Positions 51,340-62,700 of a stretch of DNA of 64,000 nt are shown here, one piece after another. The notes under the pieces are model-generated. The model had not been told where the DNA came from. It searched no databases and was given only the letters and a program-made list of their open reading frames with translations. Each line of letters opens with the position of its first letter. Within the stretch, counting starts at the first letter, position 1. Source of the stretch: Eledone cirrhosa (Eukaryota); assembly GCA_964016885.1 (NCBI GenBank), contig OZ024744.1:126976001-127040000 (forward strand), given 5' to 3'. The position numbers and the translations under genes are program-made.

Positions 51340-54300
51340 TGCGGTTAAGTTAGGTTGTGGGTTAAGTTAAGTTGGGGTTAAGTTAAGCTGGGGTTAAGTT
51401 GGGGTAAGTTAAGTTGGGGTTAAGTTAAGTTGGGGTTAAGTTAAGTTGGGGTTAAGTTAAGTTGGGGGTAAGTTAAGTTGGGGGCAAGTTAAGTTGGGGT
51501 TAAGTTAAGTTGGGGTTAAGTTAAGTTGGGGTTAAGTTAATTTGGGTTAAGTCAAGTTGGGGTTGAGTTAATTTGGGGTTAAGTTAAGTTGGGGTTAACT
51601 TAAGTTGGGGTTAAGTTGGGGTTAAGTTAAGTTGGGGTTAAGTTAAGTTGGGGGTAGGTTAAGTTGGGGGCAAGTTAAGTTGGGGTTAAGTTAAGTTGGG
51701 GTTAAGTTAAGTTGGGTTTAAGTTAAGTTGGGGCTAAGTTAAGTTGGGGCTAAGTTAAGTTGGGGCTGAGTTAAGTTGGGGTTAAGTTAACTTGGGGTTG
51801 AGTTAAGTTGGGGTTATGTTAAGTTAGGGTTGAGTTAAGTTGGGGTTGAGTTAAGTTGGGGTTGAGTTAAGTTGGGGTTAAGTTAAGTTGGCGTTAAGTT
51901 AAGTTGGGGTTAAGTTAAGTTGGGGTTAAGTTAATTTGCGGTTAAGTTAGGTTGTGGGTTAAGTTAAGTTGGGGTTAAGTTAAGCTGGGGTTACGTTGGG
52001 GTAAGTTAAGTTGGGGTAAGTTAAGTTGGGGTTAAGTTAAGTTGGGGTTAAGTTAAGTTGGGGTTAAGTTAAGTTGGGGTTGAGTTAAGTTGGGGTTCAG
52101 TTAAGTTGGGGTTAAGTTAAGTTGGGGTTAAGTTAAGTTGGGGTTAAGTTAAGTTGGGGGTAGCTTAAGTTGGGGGCAAGTTAAGTTGGGGTTAAGTTAA
52201 GTTGGGGTTAAGTTAAGTTGGGTTTAAGTTAAGTTGGGGCTAAGTTAAGTTGGGGCTAAGTTAAGTTGGGGCTGAGTTAAGTTGGGGTTAAGTTAAGTTG
52301 GGGTTGAGTTAAGTTAGGGTTGAGTTAAGTTAGGGTTGAGTTAAGTTGGGGTTGAGTTAAGTTGGAGTTGAGTTAAGTTGGGGTTAAGTTAAGTTGGCGT
52401 TAAGTTAAGTTGGGGTTAAGTTAAGTTGGGGTTAATTAATTTGCGGTTAAGTTAGGTTGTGGGTTAAGTTAAGTTGGGGTTAATTTAAGCTGGGGTTAAG
52501 TTGGAGTAAGTTAAGTTGGGGGTAAGTTAAGTTGGGGTTAAGTTAAGTTGGGGTTAAGTTAGGTTGGGGTTAAGTTAAGTTGGGGTTGAGTTAAGTTGGG
52601 GTTGAGTTAAGTTGGGGTTGAGTTAAGTAGGGGTTAAGTTAAGTTGGGGTTAAGTTAAGTTGGGGTTAAGTTAAGTTGGGGTTAAGTTAAGTTGGGGGTA
52701 AGTTAAGTTGGGGTTAAGTTAATTTGCGGTTAAGTTAGGTTGTGGGTTAAGTTAAGTTGGGGTTAAGTTAAGCTGGGGTTAAGTTGGGGTAAGTTAAGTT
52801 GGGGTTAAGTTAAGTTGGGGTTAAGTTAAGTTGGGGTTAAGTTAAGTTGGGGGTAAGTTAAGTTGGGGGCAAGTTAAGTTGGGGTTAAGTTAAGTTGGGG
52901 TTAAGTTAAGTTGGGGTTAAGTTAAGTTGGGGTTAAGTTAAGTTGGGGTTAAGTTAAGTTGGGGTTAAGTTAAGTTGGGGTTAAGTTAAGTTAGGGTTAA
53001 TTTCAGTTGGGGTTATGTTAAGTTGGGGTTAAGTTAAGTTGGGGTTAAGTTAAAGTTGGGGTTAAGTTAAGTTGGGGTTAAGTTAAGTTAGGGTTAATTT
53101 CAGTTGGGGTTATGTTAAGTTGGGGTTAAGTTAAGTTGGGGTTAAGTTAAGTTGGGGGTAAGTTAAGTGGGGTGTAAGTTAAGTTGGGGTTCAGTTCAGT
53201 TGGGGTTAAGTTAAGTTGGGGTTAAGTTAAGCTGGGGGTAAGTTAAGTTGGGTGTAAGTTAAGTTGGGGTTAAGTTAAGTTGGGGTTAAGTTAAGTTGGG
53301 GGTTAGTTAAGTTGGGGGCAAGTTAAGTTGGGGTTAATTTAAGTTGGGGTTAAGTTAAGTTTGGGTTATGTTAAGTTGGGGTTAAGTTAAGTTGGGGGTA
53401 AGTTAAGTTGAGGGTAAGTTAAGTTGGGGTTAAGTTAAGTTGGGGTTAAATTAAGTTGGGGGTAAGTTAAGTTGGGGGTAAGTTAAGTTGGGGTTAAGTT
53501 AAGTTGGGGTTAAATTAAGTTGGGGTTAAGTTAAGTTGGGGTTAAGTTAATTTGCGGTTAAGTTAGGTTGTGGGTTAAGTTAAGTTGGGGCTAAGTTAAG
53601 TTGGGGCTAAGTTAAGTTGGGGCTGAGTTAAGTTGGGGTTAAGTTAACTTGGGGTTGAGTTAAGTTGGGGTTATGTTAAGTTAGGGTTGAGTTAAGTTGG
53701 GGTTGAGTTAAGTTGGGGTTGAGTTAAGTTGGCGTTAAGTTAAGTTGGCGTTAAGTTAAGTTGGGGGTAAGTTAAGTTGAGGGTAAGTTAAGTTGGGGTT
53801 AAGTTAAGTTGGGGTTAAATTAAGTTGGGGGTAAGTTAAGTTGGGGGTAAGTTAAGTTGGGGTTAAGTTAAGTTGGGGTTAAATTAAGTTGAGGTTAAGT
53901 TAAGTTGGGGTTAAGTTAAATTGGGGTTAATTTAAGTTGGGGGTAAGATAAGTTGGGGCTGAGTTAAGTTGGGGCTAAGTTAAGTTGGGGTTAAGTTAAG
54001 TTGGGGTTAATTTAAGTTGGGTTTAAGTTAAGTTGGGGCTAAGTTAAGTTGGGGCTAAGTTAAGTTGGGGCTGAGTTAAGTTGGGGTTAAGTTAAGTTGG
54101 GGTTGAGTTAAGTTGGGGTTATGTTAAGTTAGGGTTGAGTTAAGTTGGGGTTGAGTTAAGTTGGGGTTGAGTTAAGTTGGGGTTAAGTTAAGTTGGCGTT
54201 AAGTTAAGTTGGGGCTAAGTTAAGTTGGGGTTAATTAATTTGCGGTTAAGTTAGGTTGTGGGTTAAGTTAAGTTGGGGTTAATTTAAGCTGGGGTTAAGT

Positions 54301-55850
54301 TGGAGTAAGTTAAGTTGGGGGTAAGTTAAGTTGGGGTTAAGTTAAGTTGGGGTTAAGTTAAGTTGGGGTTAAGTTAAGTTGGGGTTGAGTTAAGTTGGGG
54401 TTGAGTTAAGTTGGGGTTAAGTTAAGTTGGGGTTAAGTTAAGTTGGGGTTAAGTTAAGTTGGGGTTAAGTTAAGTTGGGGGTAAGTTAAGTTGGGGTTAA
54501 GTTAATTTGCGGTTAAGTTAGGTTGTGGGTTAAGTTAAGTTGGGGTTAAGTTAAGCTGGGGTTAAGTTGGGGTAAGTTAAGTTGGGGTTAAGTTAAGTTG
54601 GGGTTAAGTTAAGTTGGGGTTAAGTTAAGTTGGGGGTAAGTTAAGTTGGGGGCAAGTTAAGTTGGGGTTAAGTTAAGTTGGGGTTAAGTTAATTTGGGTT
54701 AAGTCAAGTTGGGGTTGAGTTAATTTGGGGTTAAGTTAAGTTGGGGTTAACTTAAGTTGGGGTTAAGTTGGGGTTAAGTTAAGTTGGGGTTAAGTTAAGT
54801 TGGGGGTAGGTTAAGTTTGGGGCAAGTTAAGTTGGGGTTAAGTTAAGTTGGGGTTAAGTTAAGTTGGGTTTAAGTTAAGTTGGGGCTAAGTTAAGTTGGG
54901 GCTAAGTTAAGTTGGGGCTGAGTTAAGTTGGGGTTAAGTTAACTTGGGGTTGAGTTAAGTTGGGGTTATGTTAAGTTACGGTTGAGTTAAGTTGGGGTTG
55001 AGTTAAGTTGGGGTTGAGTTAAGTTGGGGTTAAGTTAAGTTGGCGTTAAGTTAAGTTGGGGTTAAGTTAAGTTGGGGTTAAGTTAATTTGCGGTTAAGTT
55101 AGGTTGTGGGTTAAGTTAAGTTGGGGTTAAGTTAAGCTGGGGTTACGTTGGGGTAAGTTAAGTTGGGGTAAGTTAAGTTGGGGTTAAGTTAAGTTGGGGT
55201 TAAGTTAAGTTGGGGTTAAGTTAAGTTGGGGTTGAGTTAAGTTGGGGTTGAGTTAAGTTGGGGTTAAGTTAAGTTGGGGTTAAGTTAAGTTGGGGTTAAG
55301 TTAAGTTGGGGGTAGCTTAAGTTGGGGGCAAGTTAAGTTGGGGTTAAGTTAAGTTGGGGTTAAGTTAAGTTGGGGTTAAGTTAAGTTGGGTTTAAGTTAA
55401 GTTGGGGCTAAGTTAAGTTGGGGCTAAGTTAAGTTGGGGCTGAGTTAAGTTGGGGTTAAGTTAAGTTGGGGTTGAGTTAAGTTGGGGTTATGTTAAGTTG
55501 GGGTTGAGTTAAGTTGGGGTTGAGTTAAGTTGGGGTTGAGTTAAGTTGGGGTTAAGTTAAGTTGGCGTTAAGTTAAGTTGGGGTTAAGTTAAGTTGGGGT
55601 TAATTAATTTGCGGTTAAGTTAGGTTGTGGGTTAAGTTAAGTTGGGGTTAATTTAAGCTGGGGTTAAGTTGGAGTAAGTTAAGTTGGGGGTAAGTTAAGT
55701 TGGGGTTAAGTTAGGTTGGGGTTAAGTTAAGTTGGGGTTAAGTTAAGTTGGGGTTGAGTTAAGTTGGGGTTGAGTTAAGTTGGGGTTAAGTTAAGTTGGG
55801 GTTAAGTTAAGTTGGGGTTAAGTTAAGTTGGGGTTAAGTTACGTTGGGGG
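51340..55850 (+). repeat. Duplicated block (~51340-52700 versus ~54500-55850), offset ~3,152 bp
   Basis: TTAACTTGGGG has its C at 51791 and 54943. TTACGTTGGGGTAAG has its C at 51994 and 55146. Confidence 0.75.
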
Positions 55851-55979
55851 TAAGTTAAGTTGGGGTTAAGTTAATTTGCGGTTAATTTCAGTTGGGGTTA
55901 TGTTAAGTTGGGGTTAAGTTAAGTTGGGGTTAAGTTAAAGTTGGGGTTAAGTTAAGTTGGGGTTAAGTTAAGTTAGGGT

Positions 55980-58900
55980 TAATTTCAGTTGGGGTTATGT
56001 TAAGTTGGGGTTAAGTTAAGTTGGGGTTAAGTTAAGTTGGGGGTAAGTTAAGTGGGGTGTAAGTTAAGTTGGGGTTCAGTTCAGTTGGGGTTAAGTTAAG
56101 TTGGGGTTAAGTTAAGCTGGGGGTAAGTTAAGTTGGGTGTAAGTTAAGTTGGGGTTAAGTTAAGTTGGGGTTAATTTAAGTTGGGGGTTAGTTAAGTTGG
56201 GGGCAAGTTAAGTTGGGGTTAATTTAAGTTGGGGTTAAGTTAAGTTTGGGTTATGTTAAGTTGGGGTTAAGTTAAGTTGGGGGTAAGTTAAGTTGAGGGT
56301 AAGTTAAGTTGGGGTTAAGTTAAGTTGGGGTTAAATTAAGTTGGGGGTAAGTTAAGTTGGGGGTAAGTTAAGTTGGGGTTAAGTTAAGTTGGGGTTAAAT
56401 TAAGTTGAGGTTAAGTTAAGTTGGGGTTAAGTTAAATTGGGGTTAATTTAAGTTGGGGGTAAGATAAGTTGGGGCTAAGTTAAGTTGGGGCTAAGTCAAG
56501 TTGGGGTTAAGTCAAGTTGAGGTTAACTTAAGTTGGGGTTATGTTAAGTTGGGGTTAAGTTGGGGCTAAGTTAAGTTGGGGCTGAGTTAAGTTGGGGTTA
56601 AGTTAAGTTGGGGTTGAGTTAAGTTGGGGTTAAGTTAAGTTGGGATTAAGTTAAGTTGGGGTTAAGTTAAGTTCGGCTTGAGTTAAGTTGGGGTTAAGTT
56701 AAGTTGGGGTTAATTTAAGTTGGGGTTAAGTTAAGTTGGGGTTAAGATAAGTTGGGGTTAAGTTAAGTTGGGGTTAAGTTAAGTTGGGGTTGAGTTAATT
56801 TGGGGTTAAGTTAAGTTGGGGTTAACTTAAGTTGGGGTTAAGTTGGGGTTAAGTTAAGTTGGGGTTAAGTTAAGTTGGGGGTAGGTTAAGTTGGGGGCAA
56901 GTTAAGTTGGGGTTAAGTTAAGTTGGGGTTAAGTTAAGTTGGGTTTAAGTTAAGTTGGGGCAAAGTTAAGTTGGGGCTAAGTTAAGTTGGGGCTGAGTTA
57001 AGTTGGGGTTAAGTTAAGTTGGGGTTGAGTTAAGTTGGGGTTACGTTAAGTTAGGGTTGAGTTAAGTTGGGGTTGAGTTAAGTTGGGGTTGAGTTAAGTT
57101 GGGGTTAAGTTAAGTTGGCGTTAAGTTAAGTTGGGGTTAAGTTAAGTTGGGGTTAAGTTAATTTGCGGTTAAGTTAGGTTGTGGGTTAAGTTAAGTTGGG
57201 GTTAAGTTAAGCTGGGGTTAAGTTGGGGTAAGTTAAGTTGGGGTTAAGTTAAGTTGGGGTTAAGTTAAGTTGGGGTTAAGTTAAGTTGGGCGTAAGTTAA
57301 GTTGGGGGCAATTTAAGTTGAGGTTAAGTTAAGTTGGGGTTAAGTTAAGTTGGGGTTAAGTTAAGTTGGGGTTAAGTTAAGTTGGGGTTAAGTTAAGTTA
57401 GGGGTAATTTCAGTTGGGGTTATGTTAAGTTGGGGTTAAGTTAAGTTGGGGTTAAGTTAAGTTGGGGGTAAGTTAAGTGGGGTGTGAGTTAAGTTGGGGT
57501 TAAGTTAAGTTGGGGTTTAGTTCAGTTGGGGTTAAGTTAAGTTGGGGTTAAGTTAAGCTGGGGGTAAGTTAAGTTGGGTGTAAGTTAAGTTGGGGTTAAG
57601 TTAAGTTGGGGTTAAGTTAAGTTGGGGGTTAGTTAAGTTGGGGGCAAGTTAAGTTGGGGTTAATTTAAGTTGGGGTTAAGTTAAGTTGGGGTTATGTTAA
57701 GTTGGGGTTAAGTTAAGTTGGGGGTAAGTTAAGTTGAGGGTAAGTTAAGTTGGGGTTAAGTTAAGTTGGGGTTAAATTATGTTGGGGGTAATTTAAGTTG
57801 GGGGTAAGTTAAGTTGGGGTTAAGTTAAGTTGGGGTTAAATTAAGTTGAGGTTAAGTTAAGTTGGGGTTAAGTTAAATTGGGGTTAATTTAAGTTGGGGG
57901 TAAGATAAGTTGGGGCTAAGTTAAGTTGGGGCTAAGTCAAGTTGGGGTTAAGTCAAGTTGAGGTTAACTTAAGTTGGGGTTATGTTAAGTTGGGGTTAAG
58001 TTGGGGCTAAGTTAAGTTGGGGCTGAGTTAAGTTGGGGTTAAGTTAAGTTGGGGTTGAGTTAAGTTGGGGTTAAGTTAAGTTGGGATTAAGTTAAGTTGG
58101 GGTTAAGTTAAGTTCGGCTTGAGTTAAGTTGGGGTTAAGTTAAGTTGGGGTTAATTTCAGTTGGGGTTAAGTTAAGTTGGGGTTAAGATAAGTTGGGGTT
58201 AAGTTAAGTTGGGGTTAAGTTAAGTTGGGGTTGAGTTAATTTGGGGTTAAGTTAAGTTGGGGTTAACTTAAGTTGGGGTTAAGTTGGGGTTAAGTTAAGT
58301 TGGGGTTAAGTTAAGTTGGGGGTAGGTTAAGTTGGGGGCAAGTTAAGTTGGGGTTAAGTTAAGTTGGGGTTAAGTTAAGTTGGGTTTAAGTTAAGTTGGG
58401 GCAAAGTTAAGTTGGGGCTAAGTTAAGTTGGGGCTGAGTTAAGTTGGGGTTAAGTTAAGTTGGGGTTGAGTTAAGTTGGGGTTACGTTAAGTTAGGGTTG
58501 AGTTAAGTTGGGGTTGAGTTAAGTTGGGGTTGAGTTAAGTTGGGGTTAAGTTAAGTTGGCGTTAAGTTAAGTTGGGGTTAAGTTAAGTTGGGGTTAAGTT
58601 AATTTGCGGTTAAGTTAGGTTGTGGGTTAAGTTAAGTTGGGGTTAAGTTAAGCTGGGGTTAAGTTGGGGTTAAGTTAAGTTGGGGTTAAGTTAAGTTGGG
58701 GTTAAGTTAAGTTGGGGTTAAGTTAAGTTGGGGGTAAGTTAAGTTGGGGGCAATTTAAGTTGAGGTTAAGTTAAGTTGGGGTTAAGTTAAGTTGGGGTTA
58801 AGTTAAGTTGGGGTTAAGTTAAGTTGGGGTTAAGTTAAGTTAGTGTTAATTTCAGTTGGGGTTTTGTTAAGTTGGGGTTAAGTTAAGTTGGGGTTAAGTT

Positions 58901-59700
58901 AAAGTTGGGGTTAAGTTAAGTTGGGGTTAAGTTAAGTTAGGGGTAATTTCAGTTGGGGTTATGTTAAGTTGGGGTTAAGTTAAGTTGGGGTTAAGTTAAG
59001 TTGGGGGTAAGTTAAGTGGGGTGTGAGTTAAGTTGGGGTTAAGTTAAGTTGGGGTTCAGTTCAGTTGGGGTTAAGTTAAGTTGGGGTTAAGTTAAGCTGG
59101 GGGTAAGTTAAGTTGGGTGTAAGTTAAGTTGGGATTAAGTTAAGTTGGGGTTAAGTTAAGTTGGGGGTTAGTTAAGTTGGGGGCAAGTTAAGTTGGGGTT
59201 AATTTAAGTTGGGGTTAAGTTAAGTTGGGGTTATGTTAAGTTGGGGTTAAGTTAAGTTGGGGGTAAGTTAAGTTGAGGGTAAGTTAAGTTGGGGTTAAGT
59301 TAAGTTGGGGTTAAATTAAGTTGGGGGTAAGTTAAGTTGGGGGTAAGTTAAGTTGGGGTTAAGTTAAGTTGGGGTTAAATTAAGTTGAGGTTAAGTTAAG
59401 TTGGGGTTAAGTTAAATTGGGGTTAATTTAAGTTGGGGGTAAGATAAGTTGGGGCTAAGTTAAGTTGGGGCTAAGTCAAGTTGGGGTTAAGTCAAGTTGA
59501 GGTTAACTTAAGTTGGGGTTATGTTAAGTTGGGGTTAAGTTGGGGCTAAGTTAAGTTGGGGCTGAGTTAAGTTGGGGTTAAGTTAAGTTGGGGTTGAGTT
59601 AAGTTGGGGTTAAGTTAAGTTGGGATTAAGTTAAGTTGGGGTTAAGTTAAGTTCGGCTTGAGTTAAGTTGGGGTTAAGTTAAGTTGGGGTTAAGTTAAGT
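55980..59700 (+). repeat. Higher-order repeat, about 2.5 tandem units of 1,441-1,539 bp, with further related units at ~61170-64000
   Basis: GGGGCAAAG has its C at 56961 and 58402. TTCGGC has its C at 56674, 58115 and 59654. GTGTGAG occurs at 57482 and 59021. Confidence 0.8.
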
Positions 59701-62700
59701 TAGGGGTAATTTCAGTTGGGGTTATGTTAAGTTGGGGTTAAGTTAAGTTGGGGGTAGGTTAAGTTGGGGGCAAGTTAAGTTGGGGTTAAGTTAAGTTGGG
59801 GTTAAGTTAAGTTGGGTTTAAGTTAAGTTGGGGCTAAGTTAAGTTGGGGCTAAGTTAAGTTGGGGCTGAGTTAAGTTGGGGTTAAGTTAAGTTGGGGTTG
59901 AGTTAAGTTGGGGTTATGTTAAGTTAGGGTTGAGTTAAGTTGGGGTTGAGTTAAGTTGGGGTTGAGTTAAGTTGGGGTTAAGTTAAGTTGGCGTTAAGTT
60001 AAGTTGGGGTTAAGTTAAGTTGGGGTTAACTTAAGTTGGGGTTAAGTTGGGGTTAATTTAAGTTGGGGTTAAGTTAAGTTGGGGGTAGGTTAAGTTGGGG
60101 TTAAGTTAAGTTGGGGTTAAGTTAAGTTGGGTTTAAGTTAAGTTGGGGCTAAGTTAAGTTGGGGCTAAGTTAAGTTGGGGCTGAGTTAAGTTGGGGTTAA
60201 CTTAAGTTGGGGTTAAGTTGGGGTTAAGTTAAGTTGGGGGTAGGTTAAGTTGGGGTTAAGTTAAGTTGGGGTTAAGTTAAGTTGGGGTTAAGTTAAGTTG
60301 GGTTTAAGTTAAGTTGGGGCTAAGTTAAGTTGGGGCTAAGTTAAGTTGGGGCTGAGTTAAGTTGGGGTTAAGTTAAGTTGGGGTTAAGTTGGGGTTATGT
60401 TAAGTTAGGGTTGAGTTAAGTTGGGGTTGAGTTAAGTTGGGGTTGAGTTAAGTTGGGGTTAAGTTAAGTTGGCGTTAAGTTAAGTTGGGGTTAAGTTAAG
60501 TTGGGGTTAAGTTAAGTTGGGGTTAAGTTAATTTGCGGTTAAGTTAGGTTGTGGGTTAAGTTAAGTTGGGGTTAAGTTAAGCTGGGGTTAAGTTGGGGTA
60601 AGTTAAGTTGGGGTAAGTTAAGTTGGGGTTAAGTTAAGTTGGGGTTAAGTTAAGTTGGGGTTAAGTTAAGTTGGGGTTAAGTTAAATTGGGGTTGAGTTA
60701 AGTTGGGGTTAAGTTAAGTTGGGGTTAAGTTAAGTTGGGGTGAAGTTAAGTTGGGGTTAAGTTAAGTTGGGGTTCAGTTAAGTTGGGGGTAAGTTAAGTT
60801 GGGGTTAAGTTAGGTTGTGGGTTAAGTTAAGTTGGGGTTAAGTTAAGCTGGGGTTAAGTTGGGGTAAGTTAAGTTGGGGTTAAGTTAAGTTGGGGTTAAG
60901 TTAAGTTGGGGTTAAGTTAAGTTGGGGGTAAGTTAAGTTGGGGGTAAGTTAAGTTGGGGGCAAGTTAAGTTGGGGTTAAGTTAAGTTGGGGTTAAGTTAA
61001 GTTGGGGTTAAGTTAAGTTGGGGTTAAGTTAAGTTGGGGTTAAGTTAAGTTGGGGTTAAGTTAAGTTAGGGTTAATTTCAGTTGGGGTTATGTTAAGTTG
61101 GGGTTAAGTTAAGTTGGGGTTAAGTTAAAGTTGGGGTTAAGTTAAGTTGGGGTTAAGTTAAGTTAGGGTTAATTTCAGTTGGGGTTATGTTAAGTTGGGG
61201 TTAAGTTAAGTTGGGGTTAAGTTAAGTTGGGGGTAAGTTAAGTGGGGTGTAAGTTAGGTGGGGGTTAAGTTAAGTTGGGGTTCAGTTCAGTTGGGGTTAA
61301 GTTAAGTTGGGGTTAAGTTAAGCTGGGGGTAAGTTAAGTTGGGTGTAAGTTAAGTTGGGGTTAAGTTAAGTTGGGGTTAAGTTAAGTTGGGGGTTAGTTA
61401 AGTTGGGGGCAAGTTAAGTTGGGGTTAATTTAAGTTGGGGTTAAGTTAAGTTGGGGTTATGTTAAGTTGGGGTTAAGTTAAGTTGGGGGTAAGTTAAGTT
61501 GAGGGTAAGTTAAGTTGGGGTTAAGTTAAGTTGGGGTTAAATTAAGTTGGGGGTAAGTTAAGTTGGGGGTAAGTTAAGTTGGGGTTAAGTTAAGTTGGGG
61601 TTAAATTAAGTTGAGGTTAAGTTAAGTTGGGGTTAAGTTAAATTGGGGTTAATTTAAGTTGGGGGTAAGATAAGTTGGGGCTAAGTTAAGTTGGGGCTAA
61701 GTCAAGTTGGGGTTAAGTCAAGTTGAGGTTAACTTAAGTTGGGGTTATGTTAAGTTGGGGTTAAGTTGGGGCTAAGTTAAGTTGGGGCTGAGTTAAGTTG
61801 GGGTTAAGTTAAGTTGGGGTTGAGTTAAGTTGGGGTTAAGTTAAGTTGGGATTAAGTTAAGTTGGGGTTAAGTTAAGTTCGGCTTGAGTTAAGTTGGGGT
61901 TAAGTTAAGTTGGGGTTAATTTAAGTTGGGGTTAAGTTAAGTTGGGGTTAAGATAAGTTGGGGTTAAGTTAAGTTGGGGGTAGGTTAAGTTGGGGGCAAG
62001 TTAAGTTGGGGTTAAGTTAAGTTGGGGTTAAGTTAAGTTGGGTTTAAGTTAAGTTGGGGCAAAGTTAAGTTGGGGCTAAGTTAAGTTGGGGCTGAGTTAA
62101 GTTGGGGTTAAGTTAAGTTGGGGTTGAGTTAAGTTGGGGTTACGTTAAGTTAGGGTTGAGTTAAGTTGGGGTTGAGTTAAGTTGGGGTTGAGTTAAGTTG
62201 GGGTTAAGTTAAGTTGGCGTTAAGTTAAGTTGGGGTTAAGTTAAGTTGGGGTTAAGTTAATTTGCGGTTAAGTTAGGTTGTGGGTTAAGTTAAGTTGGGG
62301 TTAAGTTAAGCTGGGGTTAAGTTGGGGTAAGTTAAGTTGGGGTTAAGTTAAGTTGGGGTTAAGTTAAGTTGGGGTTAAGTTAAGTTGGGGGTAAGTTAAG
62401 TTGGGGGCAATTTAAGTTGGGGTTAAGTTAAGTTGGGTTTAAGTTAAGTTGGGGTTAAGTTAAGTTGGGGTTAAGTTAAGTTGGGGTTAAGTTAAGTTAG
62501 GGTTAATTTCAGTTGGGGTTTTGTTAAGTTGGGGTTAAGTTAAGTTGGGGTTAAGTTAAAGTTGGGGTTAAATTAAGTTGAGGTTAAGTTAAGTTGGGGT
62601 TAAGTTAAATTGGGGTTAAGTCAAGTTGAGGTTAACTTAAGTTGGGGTTATGTTAAGTTGGGGTTAAGTTAAGTTCGGCTTGAGTTAAGTTGGGGTTAAG

